This document shows positions 9,446-18,798 of a DNA stretch of 32,000 bases, in pieces. The notes under the pieces are model-generated. The model was not told the DNA's origin, ran no database searches, and worked only from the letters and a program-made list of their open reading frames with translations. Both the position numbers and the translations under genes were made by a program. Within the stretch, counting starts at the first letter, position 1, and each line of letters opens with the position of its first letter. The stretch covers positions 3,690,001-3,722,000 of the forward strand of contig NC_000964.3 in NCBI RefSeq assembly GCF_000009045.1, given 5' to 3'. The DNA is from Bacillus subtilis subsp. subtilis str. 168. Lineage in GTDB: Bacteria > Bacillota > Bacilli > Bacillales > Bacillaceae.

Positions 9446-10627
9446 CTAGCTTACGAGCTGCTTTACCTTGTATTCGTGGATTTTTTCAATTAAAGGCTCT
9501 GCGGCACCATGAATATTGCCGACGCCATATATGACACGGTTGTGCATTCTTTTCTTTAACAATTCCATAATTTCATCTGTTGACTTATACTCTAGATCAT
9601 GCAGTTTGTCTGCAGGAATTTTGCCTTCTTCGTAGGCTTTTACGATCGGTTCTGTTGTTTCACCGATTAAGATCAGTTCACTTGCTTCAATATAAGGCAA
9701 TACGTCATTTGCGAATTGCTGTGTCCGATCGACACGGTCTGCGCGGCAGTTCATGATGATGATCGGATCATCGGTCGGGTAACCGATTTCTTTTACACGT
9801 TTCCATATATTCAAAGTAGAAGAAGCGTCGTTTGCGGCAAACCCATTAACAAAGTGCCCAGGCTCGCTCGGACTGATCAGCGGAAGAATTCTCATTGCTC
9901 CCGGATCTGGCGGCGCATTCAGCATTCCCTTAAATGCTGTTTCTTCGTCAATGCCGAGTGCTTGAGCCACACCCAGCGCCAGAGAAGCGTTATCAGGGAA
10001 TACCATGTATTCAAATTTACGTAAATACTCATCTGTAATTTTTGAGTTATCAGCAATGATGACTTTTGTGTTTCGTTCTTTTGCTTTTTGTTTAAAGAAC
10101 TCGGTATATTCACTATCTGTAATGACAAGATGGCCATTATAAGGAATTGTAGCAGTAAACGCTTCTGCAATTTCATCAAGCGTCGGCCCCATGACATCCA
10201 TATGGTCTTCCAAAACATTCACAATGACGCCGATATTGGCCTGCAGAAGTTCTTCCTGAAAGATGATTTGATAATCTGGGTTAACAGCCATGCATTCACT
10301 GACAATCGCGTTAGCCCCTCTTTCTACTGTTTCTCTCATGACTTCTTTTTGCTCTCCGATATTCGGCCCCTGAGGTTTCCGTTTAATCGGCTTTTCCTCC
10401 GGTGTGTCCCAGTAAATCATTCTTGCATCTGTTCCTGTTGTTTTTCCAACAGTCTTGTAACCGGCTTCTATTAATATTCCGGTTGTCAGCCTTGTCACAG
10501 TCGATTTTCCGCGGATGCCGTTAATATTCACCCGAACAGGGAGGGCATCAATGTTTTTCTGATGTCGTCGTTTTTCTAATATTCCGATGACCAGTATGAC
10601 AGCACAGGCTATAATGAGTAACCACAT
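9446..10627 (-). CDS. pgsB: Poly-gamma-glutamate synthase amide ligase PgsB/CapB (Mur-ligase-like)
   Basis: ATG 10627 gives 393 aa starting MWLLIIACAV. N-terminal TM, then P-loop GIRGKSTVTR. SD AAGGAG is upstream. The longer ORF start at 10666 has no SD. Confidence 0.9.
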   Translation of the reverse strand: MWLLIIACAVILVIGILEKRRHQKNIDALPVRVNINGIRGKSTVTRLTTGILIEAGYKTVGKTTGTDARMIYWDTPEEKPIKRKPQGPNIGEQKEVMRETVERGANAIVSECMAVNPDYQIIFQEELLQANIGVIVNVLEDHMDVMGPTLDEIAEAFTATIPYNGHLVITDSEYTEFFKQKAKERNTKVIIADNSKITDEYLRKFEYMVFPDNASLALGVAQALGIDEETAFKGMLNAPPDPGAMRILPLISPSEPGHFVNGFAANDASSTLNIWKRVKEIGYPTDDPIIIMNCRADRVDRTQQFANDVLPYIEASELILIGETTEPIVKAYEEGKIPADKLHDLEYKSTDEIMELLKKRMHNRVIYGVGNIHGAAEPLIEKIHEYKVKQLVS

Positions 10628-11342
10628 TGCTTTTCGACATCTCCTTCTATATTGTTGTAAATTCATTCATCAGTATATAGAATCACTATGAATTCTCAAT
10701 CGGCATTATGTAACATAATCTTCCCTAATCGACTAAGCCAAACTTCTCTTTTGAAAGAGATTTTATACCTACAAACTGTTTTCTATTTTTGGAAAACAGC
10801 AGGACTTATACCTTATCACTTTTTAAAAAAATCAAAGAGAATGCGCTTTCATTTTTCTCCTGATATCCTTCTGGACGTATAGTCACACCCTGCTGTTTGT
10901 ATTTAATATGCATTTCAAATCAATCTTTTTTTCAGCCTTTGTTATCAAGCATTTCCTGCTATCATGCGTGTTTCCGGTTCTTATGAACACAAAATAATTT
11001 TATCCTGTTTCTTAAGGACAAGGTCATAATGTCATCCTTTCTGCATGGAATAAGCAATATGAGGCCCATTCCAAAATGACTAAGGAGGTTCGAGATGAAA
11101 ACGCTAAACATACGAGTCCGAATTCTCTAACATAATTAAACATTTTCTGGGATGATAGTCTTTTCTGTTTCTCCCCATTTACAGGTCTAAACGCATGACT
11201 TTGAAACAATTTTAATAAAACTTAATATTTGTTCAAGAAATCTTCATCCATATTTGTGAAGACTTTGTCAAAAAAAGAGTGAAAACCTTAAATTTTTCAA
11301 TTATATATACAATTTACAATTAGATTTCTTTTGATATTTTTA

Positions 11343-11370
11343 TTGCTAACTTCGGATTGTTCATGATAAT
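11343..11370 (+). promoter_or_regulatory. Candidate SigA promoter of the rbs operon
   Basis: TTGCTA (11343-11348), 16-nt spacer, GATAAT (11365-11370). The predicted start site falls on the cre palindrome. Confidence 0.55.
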
Positions 11371-11376
11371 CTATCT

Positions 11377-11392
11377 ATGTAAACGGTTACAT
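11377..11392. promoter_or_regulatory. cre (CcpA) site and probable LacI-type RbsR operator
   Basis: ATGTAAACGGTTACAT. The core TGTAAACGGTTACA fits the cre consensus TGWAANCGNTNWCA. It is a near-perfect palindrome immediately downstream of the -10 element. Confidence 0.75.
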
Positions 11393-11410
11393 AAACAAGG
11401 AGGAGCTGTT

Positions 11411-12391
11411 TTGGCTACAATTAAAGATGTCGCCGGAGCGGCGGGCGTTTCAGTTGCGACGGTTTCCCGCAACCTGAATGATAACGGCTATGTACACGAA
11501 GAAACGCGAACGCGTGTCATAGCGGCGATGGCGAAGCTGAACTATTACCCGAATGAAGTCGCCAGATCTCTATATAAAAGAGAATCCCGACTGATCGGAC
11601 TTTTGCTCCCGGATATCACAAACCCTTTCTTCCCCCAGCTTGCCCGCGGTGCGGAGGATGAATTGAACCGGGAAGGCTATCGCCTTATTTTCGGCAACAG
11701 TGACGAGGAATTGAAAAAAGAACTTGAATACCTTCAAACCTTTAAGCAAAATCATGTCGCAGGCATTATTGCCGCAACGAATTACCCGGATCTCGAGGAA
11801 TACAGCGGCATGAATTATCCAGTTGTTTTTCTGGACAGAACGCTTGAAGGGGCTCCTTCTGTGTCCAGTGACGGCTATACAGGAGTAAAGTTAGCCGCCC
11901 AGGCTATCATTCACGGAAAAAGCCAGCGCATTACGCTCTTGAGAGGACCCGCTCACCTGCCGACCGCTCAAGACCGATTTAACGGCGCTTTGGAAATCTT
12001 AAAGCAGGCTGAAGTTGATTTTCAGGTCATTGAGACAGCTTCATTTTCAATTAAAGATGCACAATCGATGGCGAAGGAGCTGTTTGCCTCTTATCCAGCG
12101 ACAGATGGTGTGATCGCGAGTAATGATATTCAAGCCGCTGCCGTTTTACATGAAGCATTGCGGCGCGGAAAAAACGTGCCGGAGGACATTCAAATTATCG
12201 GCTATGATGACATTCCGCAAAGCGGACTTCTGTTCCCGCCACTTTCTACAATTAAACAGCCCGCATATGATATGGGGAAAGAAGCTGCCAAACTGCTTTT
12301 GGGTATCATTAAAAAACAGCCGCTGGCAGAAACGGCAATTCAAATGCCTGTCACCTATATAGGAAGAAAGACGACAAGAAAGGAAGATTAA
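11411..12391 (+). CDS. rbsR: LacI-family ribose operon repressor
   Basis: TTG 11411 is preceded by AAGGAGG (11397-11403) and gives 326 aa. HTH is ATIKDVAGAAGVSVATVSRNLN. Periplasmic-binding-protein-like effector domain. Confidence 0.92.
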   Translation: MATIKDVAGAAGVSVATVSRNLNDNGYVHEETRTRVIAAMAKLNYYPNEVARSLYKRESRLIGLLLPDITNPFFPQLARGAEDELNREGYRLIFGNSDEELKKELEYLQTFKQNHVAGIIAATNYPDLEEYSGMNYPVVFLDRTLEGAPSVSSDGYTGVKLAAQAIIHGKSQRITLLRGPAHLPTAQDRFNGALEILKQAEVDFQVIETASFSIKDAQSMAKELFASYPATDGVIASNDIQAAAVLHEALRRGKNVPEDIQIIGYDDIPQSGLLFPPLSTIKQPAYDMGKEAAKLLLGIIKKQPLAETAIQMPVTYIGRKTTRKED

Positions 12392-12392
12392 G

Positions 12393-13274
12393 ATGCGTAA
12401 TATTTGTGTGATTGGTAGCTGTTCTATGGATTTAGTGGTCACCTCGGACAAACGCCCAAAAGCCGGTGAAACGGTTCTTGGCACGTCATTTCAGACTGTG
12501 CCGGGCGGCAAAGGAGCAAATCAGGCCGTTGCCGCAGCCAGACTTGGGGCGCAAGTGTTTATGGTCGGCAAAGTTGGAGACGATCATTATGGAACAGCTA
12601 TTTTGAATAATCTCAAAGCTAACGGCGTTCGCACTGATTATATGGAACCGGTTACACATACGGAAAGCGGAACCGCTCATATTGTGCTTGCTGAAGGCGA
12701 CAACAGCATTGTCGTTGTCAAAGGCGCGAACGATGACATCACCCCAGCGTATGCGTTAAACGCGCTCGAACAGATTGAAAAGGTCGATATGGTGCTGATT
12801 CAGCAGGAAATCCCAGAAGAAACGGTTGATGAGGTGTGCAAATACTGCCATTCTCACGATATCCCGATCATACTAAACCCAGCACCGGCCCGCCCGCTCA
12901 AGCAGGAAACAATTGATCACGCTACCTATCTGACGCCGAATGAACACGAGGCTTCGATTTTATTCCCTGAGCTTACCATTTCCGAAGCTCTGGCGCTTTA
13001 TCCGGCAAAGCTCTTTATTACGGAAGGAAAACAAGGCGTCCGCTATTCGGCTGGCAGCAAAGAGGTGCTCATCCCGTCCTTCCCTGTAGAACCCGTTGAT
13101 ACAACCGGAGCCGGTGATACGTTTAACGCAGCATTTGCCGTGGCCCTGGCTGAGGGAAAAGACATTGAAGCCGCATTGCGGTTTGCCAATCGTGCCGCTT
13201 CCCTTTCTGTCTGCTCCTTCGGTGCCCAAGGCGGAATGCCGACAAGAAATGAAGTAGAGGAGCTGCTGTCATGA
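12393..13274 (+). CDS. rbsK: Ribokinase (PfkB family)
   Basis: 293 aa with motifs GGKGANQAVAA and DTTGAGDTFNAAF. It starts 1 nt after the rbsR stop. Confidence 0.95.
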   Translation: MRNICVIGSCSMDLVVTSDKRPKAGETVLGTSFQTVPGGKGANQAVAAARLGAQVFMVGKVGDDHYGTAILNNLKANGVRTDYMEPVTHTESGTAHIVLAEGDNSIVVVKGANDDITPAYALNALEQIEKVDMVLIQQEIPEETVDEVCKYCHSHDIPIILNPAPARPLKQETIDHATYLTPNEHEASILFPELTISEALALYPAKLFITEGKQGVRYSAGSKEVLIPSFPVEPVDTTGAGDTFNAAFAVALAEGKDIEAALRFANRAASLSVCSFGAQGGMPTRNEVEELLS

Positions 13275-13666
13275 AAAAACACGGTATACTGAACAGCCAT
13301 CTTGCCAAGATTTTAGCCGACCTTGGCCACACTGATAAAATTGTCATCGCGGATGCCGGACTGCCGGTTCCTGACGGCGTTTTGAAAATTGATCTTTCAC
13401 TGAAGCCGGGCCTTCCGGCTTTCCAAGATACAGCGGCAGTACTGGCTGAGGAAATGGCGGTCGAAAAAGTCATTGCTGCAGCTGAAATAAAAGCATCCAA
13501 TCAGGAGAATGCGAAATTTCTAGAAAATCTTTTCTCTGAACAAGAGATTGAATACCTTTCTCACGAGGAGTTTAAGCTGCTGACAAAAGATGCAAAGGCA
13601 GTCATAAGAACAGGAGAATTCACACCATATGCCAACTGCATCCTGCAGGCAGGTGTACTTTTCTAG
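13271..13666 (+). CDS. rbsD: D-ribose pyranase
   Basis: 131 aa. ATGA overlap with the rbsK stop. RbsD-type N-terminus MKKHGILNSHLAKILADLGHTDKIVIADAGLP. Confidence 0.95.
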   Translation: MKKHGILNSHLAKILADLGHTDKIVIADAGLPVPDGVLKIDLSLKPGLPAFQDTAAVLAEEMAVEKVIAAAEIKASNQENAKFLENLFSEQEIEYLSHEEFKLLTKDAKAVIRTGEFTPYANCILQAGVLF

Positions 13667-13681
13667 AAAGGAAGATGAAAC

Positions 13682-15163
13682 ATGCAGATTGAAATGAAAG
13701 ACATTCATAAAACATTCGGAAAAAATCAGGTGCTGTCAGGCGTTTCCTTTCAGCTCATGCCTGGCGAGGTTCACGCATTAATGGGAGAAAACGGCGCCGG
13801 CAAGTCCACGCTTATGAACATTTTGACAGGCCTGCACAAAGCAGATAAAGGTCAAATCAGCATAAACGGAAACGAAACGTATTTTTCCAATCCGAAAGAA
13901 GCGGAACAGCATGGAATAGCCTTTATCCATCAGGAATTGAATATCTGGCCGGAAATGACCGTTCTTGAGAATCTATTTATCGGTAAAGAGATATCCTCCA
14001 AGCTGGGCGTTTTACAAACAAGAAAAATGAAAGCGCTAGCAAAAGAGCAATTTGACAAACTTTCCGTCTCTCTTTCTCTTGATCAAGAAGCCGGCGAATG
14101 TTCCGTCGGACAGCAGCAAATGATCGAAATTGCAAAAGCGCTTATGACAAATGCCGAGGTAATCATTATGGATGAACCGACCGCAGCGTTGACTGAACGT
14201 GAAATCAGCAAGCTCTTTGAGGTCATTACAGCGTTAAAAAAGAACGGCGTCTCCATTGTCTATATTTCGCATCGCATGGAAGAAATTTTTGCGATTTGCG
14301 ACAGAATTACCATCATGCGTGACGGAAAAACGGTAGATACAACAAACATCTCAGAAACTGATTTTGATGAAGTCGTCAAAAAAATGGTCGGACGGGAGCT
14401 GACTGAACGATATCCAAAACGCACTCCTTCTCTCGGTGACAAAGTATTCGAGGTGAAAAATGCTTCCGTAAAAGGGAGTTTTGAGGACGTCAGCTTTTAT
14501 GTGCGTTCCGGTGAGATCGTCGGTGTTTCAGGATTAATGGGAGCCGGCCGGACAGAAATGATGAGAGCGCTGTTCGGCGTTGACAGGCTGGACACGGGTG
14601 AGATATGGATCGCTGGGAAAAAAACGGCTATTAAGAACCCGCAGGAAGCCGTGAAAAAAGGTCTCGGCTTTATTACAGAGAATCGCAAGGATGAAGGGCT
14701 CCTGCTCGACACCTCGATCCGCGAAAATATTGCCCTGCCCAATCTGTCCAGCTTCTCACCAAAGGGTCTCATTGATCATAAGCGGGAGGCTGAATTTGTC
14801 GATCTGTTAATCAAGCGCCTCACTATCAAAACAGCATCACCGGAAACGCACGCACGCCATTTATCAGGAGGAAACCAGCAAAAAGTGGTGATAGCCAAGT
14901 GGATCGGCATCGGACCGAAAGTGCTTATCTTGGATGAGCCAACCAGAGGTGTGGATGTTGGCGCCAAACGAGAGATTTATACGCTGATGAATGAGCTGAC
15001 CGAACGCGGTGTCGCTATCATCATGGTGTCATCAGAGCTTCCTGAAATTCTGGGAATGAGCGATCGGATTATCGTTGTCCATGAAGGCAGAATCAGCGGC
15101 GAAATCCATGCGCGAGAAGCAACACAAGAACGAATTATGACACTTGCCACGGGAGGGCGGTAA
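13682..15163 (+). CDS. rbsA: Ribose ABC transporter ATP-binding protein (duplicated ABC domains)
   Basis: 493 aa. Walker A motifs GENGAGKST and GLMGAGRTE. Signature motif [19 protein letters not shown] upstream. Confidence 0.95.
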   Translation: MQIEMKDIHKTFGKNQVLSGVSFQLMPGEVHALMGENGAGKSTLMNILTGLHKADKGQISINGNETYFSNPKEAEQHGIAFIHQELNIWPEMTVLENLFIGKEISSKLGVLQTRKMKALAKEQFDKLSVSLSLDQEAGECSVGQQQMIEIAKALMTNAEVIIMDEPTAALTEREISKLFEVITALKKNGVSIVYISHRMEEIFAICDRITIMRDGKTVDTTNISETDFDEVVKKMVGRELTERYPKRTPSLGDKVFEVKNASVKGSFEDVSFYVRSGEIVGVSGLMGAGRTEMMRALFGVDRLDTGEIWIAGKKTAIKNPQEAVKKGLGFITENRKDEGLLLDTSIRENIALPNLSSFSPKGLIDHKREAEFVDLLIKRLTIKTASPETHARHLSGGNQQKVVIAKWIGIGPKVLILDEPTRGVDVGAKREIYTLMNELTERGVAIIMVSSELPEILGMSDRIIVVHEGRISGEIHAREATQERIMTLATGGR

Positions 15164-15164
15164 T

Positions 15165-16133
15165 ATGAAAACGGAACAACTGCAAACAGAACAAAAACGG
15201 ATTCACTTCGACGGAGTCATGCAAAAACTCGGCCCGTTTCTTGGTTTATTTATTCTCGTTATCATTGTATCTATTTTAAATCCCAGCTTTCTTGAACCGC
15301 TGAATATTTTAAACCTGCTTCGCCAGGTCGCCATTAACGGATTAATCGCGTTCGGGATGACCTTTGTTATTTTGACAGGCGGCATTGATCTTTCTGTTGG
15401 CGCTATTCTTGCCCTGTCCAGTGCTTTAGTTGCGGGGATGATTGTGTCCGGTGTCGATCCGGTTCTCGCGATCATCCTTGGCTGTATCATTGGTGCCGTA
15501 CTAGGCATGATCAACGGATTATTGATTACTAAAGGAAAAATGGCGCCCTTTATCGCCACGCTTGCGACCATGACTGTGTTTCGCGGACTGACGCTAGTGT
15601 ATACAGATGGAAATCCGATTACCGGACTTGGCACAAACTACGGTTTTCAGATGTTCGGACGCGGTTACTTTTTAGGCATTCCTGTACCGGCAATTACGAT
15701 GGTTCTTGCCTTTGTCATCCTTTGGGTGCTTCTTCATAAAACACCATTCGGACGCCGAACGTACGCTATCGGCGGCAACGAAAAAGCCGCGCTCATTTCA
15801 GGCATCAAAGTGACGCGCGTGAAAGTGATGATCTATTCTTTAGCCGGGCTTTTATCCGCTCTTGCAGGTGCCATATTGACTTCCCGCCTGCATTCGGCCC
15901 AGCCGACTGCGGGAGAATCGTACGAACTTGATGCTATCGCGGCAGTCGTCTTAGGAGGGACAAGTCTTTCCGGCGGCCGAGGACGCATTGTCGGCACGTT
16001 AATCGGGGTGCTGATCATCGGCACACTTAATAACGGACTTAATCTGCTTGGCGTCTCATCATTTTATCAGCTGGTTGTCAAAGGGATTGTTATCTTAATT
16101 GCGGTATTGTTAGACCGCAAGAAGTCAGCTTAG
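15165..16133 (+). CDS. rbsC: Ribose ABC transporter permease
   Basis: ATG 15165 gives 322 aa, preceded by GGGAGGGCGG and 1 nt after the rbsA TAA. Polytopic membrane protein. Confidence 0.93.
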   Translation: MKTEQLQTEQKRIHFDGVMQKLGPFLGLFILVIIVSILNPSFLEPLNILNLLRQVAINGLIAFGMTFVILTGGIDLSVGAILALSSALVAGMIVSGVDPVLAIILGCIIGAVLGMINGLLITKGKMAPFIATLATMTVFRGLTLVYTDGNPITGLGTNYGFQMFGRGYFLGIPVPAITMVLAFVILWVLLHKTPFGRRTYAIGGNEKAALISGIKVTRVKVMIYSLAGLLSALAGAILTSRLHSAQPTAGESYELDAIAAVVLGGTSLSGGRGRIVGTLIGVLIIGTLNNGLNLLGVSSFYQLVVKGIVILIAVLLDRKKSA

Positions 16134-16144
16134 GAGGGTTTTAC

Positions 16145-17062
16145 ATGAAAAAGGCTGTATCCGTCATTTTAACGTTATCATTATTTTTGTTAACCGCCTG
16201 TTCGCTTGAGCCTCCCCAATGGGCAAAGCCATCAAACTCGGGGAACAAAAAGGAATTCACCATTGGCTTGTCCGTCTCAACGCTTAATAATCCTTTTTTT
16301 GTCTCATTAAAAAAGGGTATCGAAAAAGAAGCTAAAAAACGGGGAATGAAAGTCATCATTGTTGATGCACAAAATGATTCATCGAAACAGACGAGTGACG
16401 TGGAAGATTTAATTCAGCAAGGTGTTGATGCATTATTAATCAACCCGACTGATTCTTCGGCGATCTCAACGGCAGTAGAATCTGCAAACGCAGTCGGTGT
16501 GCCCGTCGTAACAATCGATCGATCTGCGGAACAAGGAAAAGTTGAAACCCTCGTTGCTTCCGATAATGTAAAAGGCGGTGAAATGGCCGCGGCGTTTATT
16601 GCCGACAAACTTGGAAAAGGAGCAAAGGTGGCAGAGCTTGAAGGCGTCCCCGGCGCATCTGCCACACGGGAACGCGGCTCAGGATTCCATAACATCGCAG
16701 ACCAAAAGCTCCAAGTTGTCACAAAACAATCAGCTGACTTTGACCGCACGAAAGGCCTGACTGTCATGGAAAACCTGCTGCAGGGACATCCTGATATCCA
16801 AGCTGTTTTTGCTCACAACGATGAAATGGCGCTCGGTGCTCTCGAGGCAATTAACAGCTCGGGGAAAGACATATTGGTGATCGGTTTTGACGGCAATAAA
16901 GATGCGCTCGCTTCCATTAAAGACAGAAAGCTGTCAGCCACCGTCGCTCAGCAGCCTGAATTAATCGGTAAATTGGCTACAGAAGCAGCAGATGATATTT
17001 TGCACGGGAAAAAAGTGCAAAAAACAATATCCGCGCCTCTCAAACTAGAAACACAAAAATAA
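16145..17062 (+). CDS. rbsB: Ribose-binding lipoprotein
   Basis: 305 aa. Signal peptide with lipobox LLTAC. Periplasmic sugar-binding fold. SD TAGGAGGG overlaps the rbsC stop. Confidence 0.95.
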   Translation: MKKAVSVILTLSLFLLTACSLEPPQWAKPSNSGNKKEFTIGLSVSTLNNPFFVSLKKGIEKEAKKRGMKVIIVDAQNDSSKQTSDVEDLIQQGVDALLINPTDSSAISTAVESANAVGVPVVTIDRSAEQGKVETLVASDNVKGGEMAAAFIADKLGKGAKVAELEGVPGASATRERGSGFHNIADQKLQVVTKQSADFDRTKGLTVMENLLQGHPDIQAVFAHNDEMALGALEAINSSGKDILVIGFDGNKDALASIKDRKLSATVAQQPELIGKLATEAADDILHGKKVQKTISAPLKLETQK

Positions 17063-17071
17063 TTGTCTGAT

Positions 17072-17097
17072 GTTTAGGAACCTGCGATAACGTGAAT
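17072..17097 (+). promoter_or_regulatory. Candidate SigB-type promoter of ywsB
   Basis: GTTTAG (17072-17077), 14-nt spacer, GTGAAT (17092-17097). Compare the SigB consensus GTTTAA-N12-15-GGGTAT/GGGAAT. It lies about 47 nt upstream of ATG 17144. Confidence 0.45.
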
Positions 17098-17143
17098 AGA
17101 GATATAGAATGAATTATTTCTCTTACGTGAGGAGAGGAACGGC

Positions 17144-17680
17144 ATGAACAAACCAACAAAACTATTTTCAACATTAGCACTTGCGGCTGGAATGACTGCG
17201 GCGGCTGCTGGCGGCGCTGGCACGATCCATGCTCAACAGCCAGAAACAACGGTAAGCATTGATGATTTATACAGTTATCCGATTGATTCTTATTTGGTAT
17301 CAGCAGAGGCTCTAAATGTCAGAACGAAGCCTTCCGCATCAAGCCAGAAAGCCGATACGCTGCACTTAGGAGATAGCCTAAAGCTGATTTCCTTCTCAAA
17401 TGCTGACTGGGCAAAGGTTAAGTATAAAAATGGAAAAACAGGATTTGTATCCACTCATTACATTGTTAAAGCAGCGACAACGGTAAAAACCAAAACAAAA
17501 ACAAAAGTGTATACATCCGCTGACGGAAAGAGCATTAAGACTCTTCCAGCAGACACAAGCGTTTCTTTTTTAGGCTGGAGTAAAACGAATAAAGGCGGTT
17601 TTGATTTTGATTGGGTATTCGTTGATTACGGCGGTACGACAGGTTATATGAAAACAAAGGATTTACACATGACAAAATAA
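17144..17680 (+). CDS. ywsB: Secreted protein with two SH3b-like (cell-wall-binding) domains
   Basis: 178 aa. Signal peptide ends in TIHA-QQ. Two SH3b-like segments (ALNVRTKPS...GFVSTHYI and TKVYTSADG...GYMKTKDL) are joined by a KTKTKTK linker. SD GGAGAGGAA upstream. Confidence 0.88.
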   Translation: MNKPTKLFSTLALAAGMTAAAAGGAGTIHAQQPETTVSIDDLYSYPIDSYLVSAEALNVRTKPSASSQKADTLHLGDSLKLISFSNADWAKVKYKNGKTGFVSTHYIVKAATTVKTKTKTKVYTSADGKSIKTLPADTSVSFLGWSKTNKGGFDFDWVFVDYGGTTGYMKTKDLHMTK

Positions 17681-17684
17681 CTGA

Positions 17685-17718
17685 GAGGGATTCCGCATAA
17701 ATGCGGAATCCCTTTTAT
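17685..17718 (+). terminator. Intrinsic terminator after ywsB
   Basis: GGGATTCCGCAT (17687-17698) pairs with ATGCGGAATCCC (17701-17712), followed by TTTT. Confidence 0.9.
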
Positions 17719-17835
17719 TATGAATTGATTTGTCACATTCCCAAGATATTTCTCAGGAAATATTGTCGTATGCTGTGTCGAAACCTTACATGATCATCGA
17801 CATTTTTGTTCACGCTAAAAAGCGGAGGTGTAAAT

Positions 17836-18132
17836 ATGGATCAATTTGAAGCAGCATATGAATCGTATAAAGCCCGGCAAACAACTGCCGATCAAGAAAA
17901 TGTTCCATCTGGAAAAGAAGAAATTATTGCGGTTAGAAGAAATGAGGAAGACAATATTATCGCAGTGAAAACCAATACAGGAAGAGAGCTCGACTACCCT
18001 ACTGCGCTGTCAGAAGCAAAATCAGGAAAACTCGCTCATGTTGATGTCTTCCATAAATACGGGCGTGACATTTTGCGAAGTGAACCGGACGGCATCAAGG
18101 AAAATAACCTGTCTGAGCTGCCGGATTTTTAA
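17836..18132 (+). CDS. ywsA: Small conserved protein of unknown function (98 aa)
   Basis: ATG 17836 is preceded by GCGGAGGTG. The ORF-track start at 17806 is a TTG with no SD. Confidence 0.8.
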   Translation: MDQFEAAYESYKARQTTADQENVPSGKEEIIAVRRNEEDNIIAVKTNTGRELDYPTALSEAKSGKLAHVDVFHKYGRDILRSEPDGIKENNLSELPDF

Positions 18133-18135
18133 ACA

Positions 18136-18175
18136 AATACAGCCCTGCCGTATGTTGGACAGGGCTGTATTTTAA
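18136..18175. terminator. Bidirectional terminator between convergent ywsA and ywrO
   Basis: TACAGCCCTG (18138-18147) pairs with CAGGGCTGTA (18160-18169), followed by TTTT. An A-rich run precedes the stem. Confidence 0.85.
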
Positions 18176-18699
18176 ACAAAAGGCTGCTGGATGTATTCGG
18201 CTAACCGTTTTGCACTGTGAGAAATATCCTCTGCAGCTGCATAATTCACGCCATAGAACACATATGGAGGCAGATACTTCATGCCGATCAGATTACTCGT
18301 GGCCTGAAATGGTTTCAATAGCTCACTGATCGAGTAATGATTTGCTCCGCCCGCTTGATATTTTTCCGCTTCGCTCCCTGTTGATACAGCCAGCATCAGC
18401 TCCTTGCCATGCAAGGCATTTCCTTCTGAACCAAAAGCCCAGCCATAAGTCAGCACAAGATCCTGCCATTTTTTCAAGAGCGGCGGAGAGCTGTACCAAT
18501 ATAGCGGGAATTGAAAGACAATCCGATCGTATTCCTCGCACAGCTGCTGTTCCTTCGCAACATCTATCGCTTCATCCGGGTATTCCTTATAAAGATCCCG
18601 TACTGTGATATTGTCATGTTTACTCAATTCCTCAGCCCACGCCTTATTAACAACTGAGGTCTCCATATGAGGATGCACTGCCAAAACCAATATTTTCAT
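18172..18699 (-). CDS. ywrO: Flavodoxin-like NAD(P)H dehydrogenase (quinone)/general-stress-protein-14 family oxidoreductase
   Basis: 175 aa starting MKILVLAVHPH. Contains the FQFPLYWYS motif typical of this family. Confidence 0.9.
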   Translation of the reverse strand: MKILVLAVHPHMETSVVNKAWAEELSKHDNITVRDLYKEYPDEAIDVAKEQQLCEEYDRIVFQFPLYWYSSPPLLKKWQDLVLTYGWAFGSEGNALHGKELMLAVSTGSEAEKYQAGGANHYSISELLKPFQATSNLIGMKYLPPYVFYGVNYAAAEDISHSAKRLAEYIQQPFV

Positions 18700-18759
18700 C
18701 AGACCACACCTTTACTGTTTTGATGTTATTTTATCTAAAATCAGGAAAAGAGCCAAATA

Positions 18760-18797
18760 AAAAGAAAGCCCTGCTAAAAGGGGCTTTCTTTTTTTCT
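18760..18797 (-). terminator. Intrinsic terminator after alsD
   Basis: GAAAGCCC (18764-18771) pairs with GGGCTTTC (18781-18788). T-runs occur on both strands. It lies immediately after the alsD stop (18799). Confidence 0.85.
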
Positions 18798-18798
18798 T

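Noticed and set aside
10688-10882. 64-aa plus-strand ORF in the pgsB upstream region.
   Set aside because: It has no SD and an odd composition. It lies in the expected pgsB promoter/leader region on the opposite strand.
11024-11209. 61-aa minus-strand ORF in the pgsB-rbsR spacer.
   Set aside because: It has a TTG start without an SD and no recognisable features. It overlaps the better-supported micro-ORF/SD on the other strand.
13123-13500. 125-aa minus-strand ORF across the rbsK/rbsD junction. Similar antisense ORFs lie inside rbsA, rbsC and rbsB (for example 14497..14772, 15203..15634, 16414..16767).
   Set aside because: These are shadow ORFs antisense to strongly supported genes with conserved motifs. 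They have Pro/Ser/Arg-rich low-complexity translations and no SDs.
17746-17763. 7-bp inverted repeat ATATTTC-N4-GAAATAT, and a nearby TGTCGA-N15-TCGACA, upstream of ywsA.
   Set aside because: These are short AT-rich symmetries expected by chance. No supporting promoter context or known motif was found.
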